Below the pieces are notes generated by a model that was not told the origin of the DNA, did no database searches, and saw nothing but the letters and a program-made list of their open reading frames with translations. This document shows positions 62,973-64,000 of a stretch of DNA of 64,000 nt, piece after piece. The DNA is from Podarcis bocagei (Eukaryota). The stretch lies in NCBI GenBank assembly GCA_964188305.1, contig OZ076885.1. One strand, 5' to 3'. Each line of letters starts with the position of its first letter. Position 1 is the stretch's first letter. Both the position numbers and the translations under genes were made by a program.

Positions 62973-64000
62973 ACTTTTCTATACAACAGAATATGGAATA
63001 TCATTTGCAGAGCAGGATAACTTTAGAGGTAACTTCTATTTTCTATAACATTATCATGCATTGGAAAACAAACCACAATTATTCCCTTTCCTCTATTGCT
63101 CTAAATGTGTAGCTTGTTTTCCTAAGCTGAGACTTCTTTATCTGATTTTAATGTGGACTATGAACTTAACCCACACTATTAAAATGGCTTCTCTTTCTTA
63201 TTGATGAATTCATCATGTGTCATTGCTGATTTGACCCAGTGTGCTTCCTGCATGCTTTCGCTTTAAAATATCTGAGTATACATAGTGCCATTGTGCTTAA
63301 ATTTATACTAGTTTATTTTTTATTTATTTTTATGCTATTGTAGCATTCCTGTGAGTAGAACTAATAATACTTGCTCCTTTATTCGCAATTGTATGTCTAA
63401 TTTGAAACCTTGTTGTTACAAACATGATCTGTTCTCATCAGCTGAATTTGATAGCTTTTTCCTATTTAACCACACTTAGCAAAGCACTTGAAAGCGGTTT
63501 GCCTGTAATGGTTTTCCGAAAGTCTCTGTATACTATTGCACATCCAGTATTCCGAATGTTGGGAGTTCTCTGGTAGATATTGTTCTCGTGGGGGAATTCT
63601 TTGAGGGATAAGGATGTCATATATTTATAGGTGTACGGTTGTTTTGGGTCTCCAGTCCACTAGTGTAAATATGTGTAGGCAGTAATACTAAACAACAAAC
63701 TGAAGAATGTTCTCTCAAAAGCTTTGAATTTGCTACTCTGGAAAGGTCTGGTCTGGTGGTTGCCTTTCTGTTGTATTCCCAATAATGTGGGCATGTCTTA
63801 CTCTTAAGACCCAGGAAAGTTGTATATGTTATGTGTGGCTGTGTGTTTGCAGTTCAAGTTTCTTTCATTGTGGGACTGCCTAACTAGATATGGACTGTAG
63901 CTTGTTCTGTGCAACATTTGGTATGAGCTCAAAAAGTGAGAATATGAAAAGGTACGAAGTGCTTGAAGTTGCCCATGGACTCATTATTCTTGTTGCTGGC

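Overview
Vertebrate genomic DNA, almost certainly from a squamate (lacertid-type) lizard, judging by the Sauria SINEs, CR1/L2/RTE LINEs, and Tigger and hAT MITEs. The window lies inside the AGAP1 gene (+ strand). It holds three internal coding exons (10997-11124, 19323-19478, 24414-24506) followed by a long intron that mixes repeats with repeat-free, enhancer-like blocks. Most ORFs in the track are spurious or transposon debris. The main discovery is a ~2 kb minus-strand half-L1-like retroelement (about 15793-17827) with no ORF2. Its L1 ORF1 (coiled coil-RRM-CTD) reads on into a captured WASP/N-WASP module: basic region, CRIB/GBD, two WH2 motifs, central helix and an acidic ...GEWDD* tail. WH1 and the proline-rich region are absent. 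This copy is a decayed ORF1p-'mini-N-WASP' Arp2/3-activator fusion, and the ORF track misses it. Other observations: a probable orthologue of the human AGAP1 short-isoform terminal exon that lacks its AG acceptor, a Tigger-type element filled with a hairpin array, Penelope hammerhead relics, a Sola-like element, and DIRS and chromovirus remnants. All family assignments come from motif recognition by eye; no searches were run.
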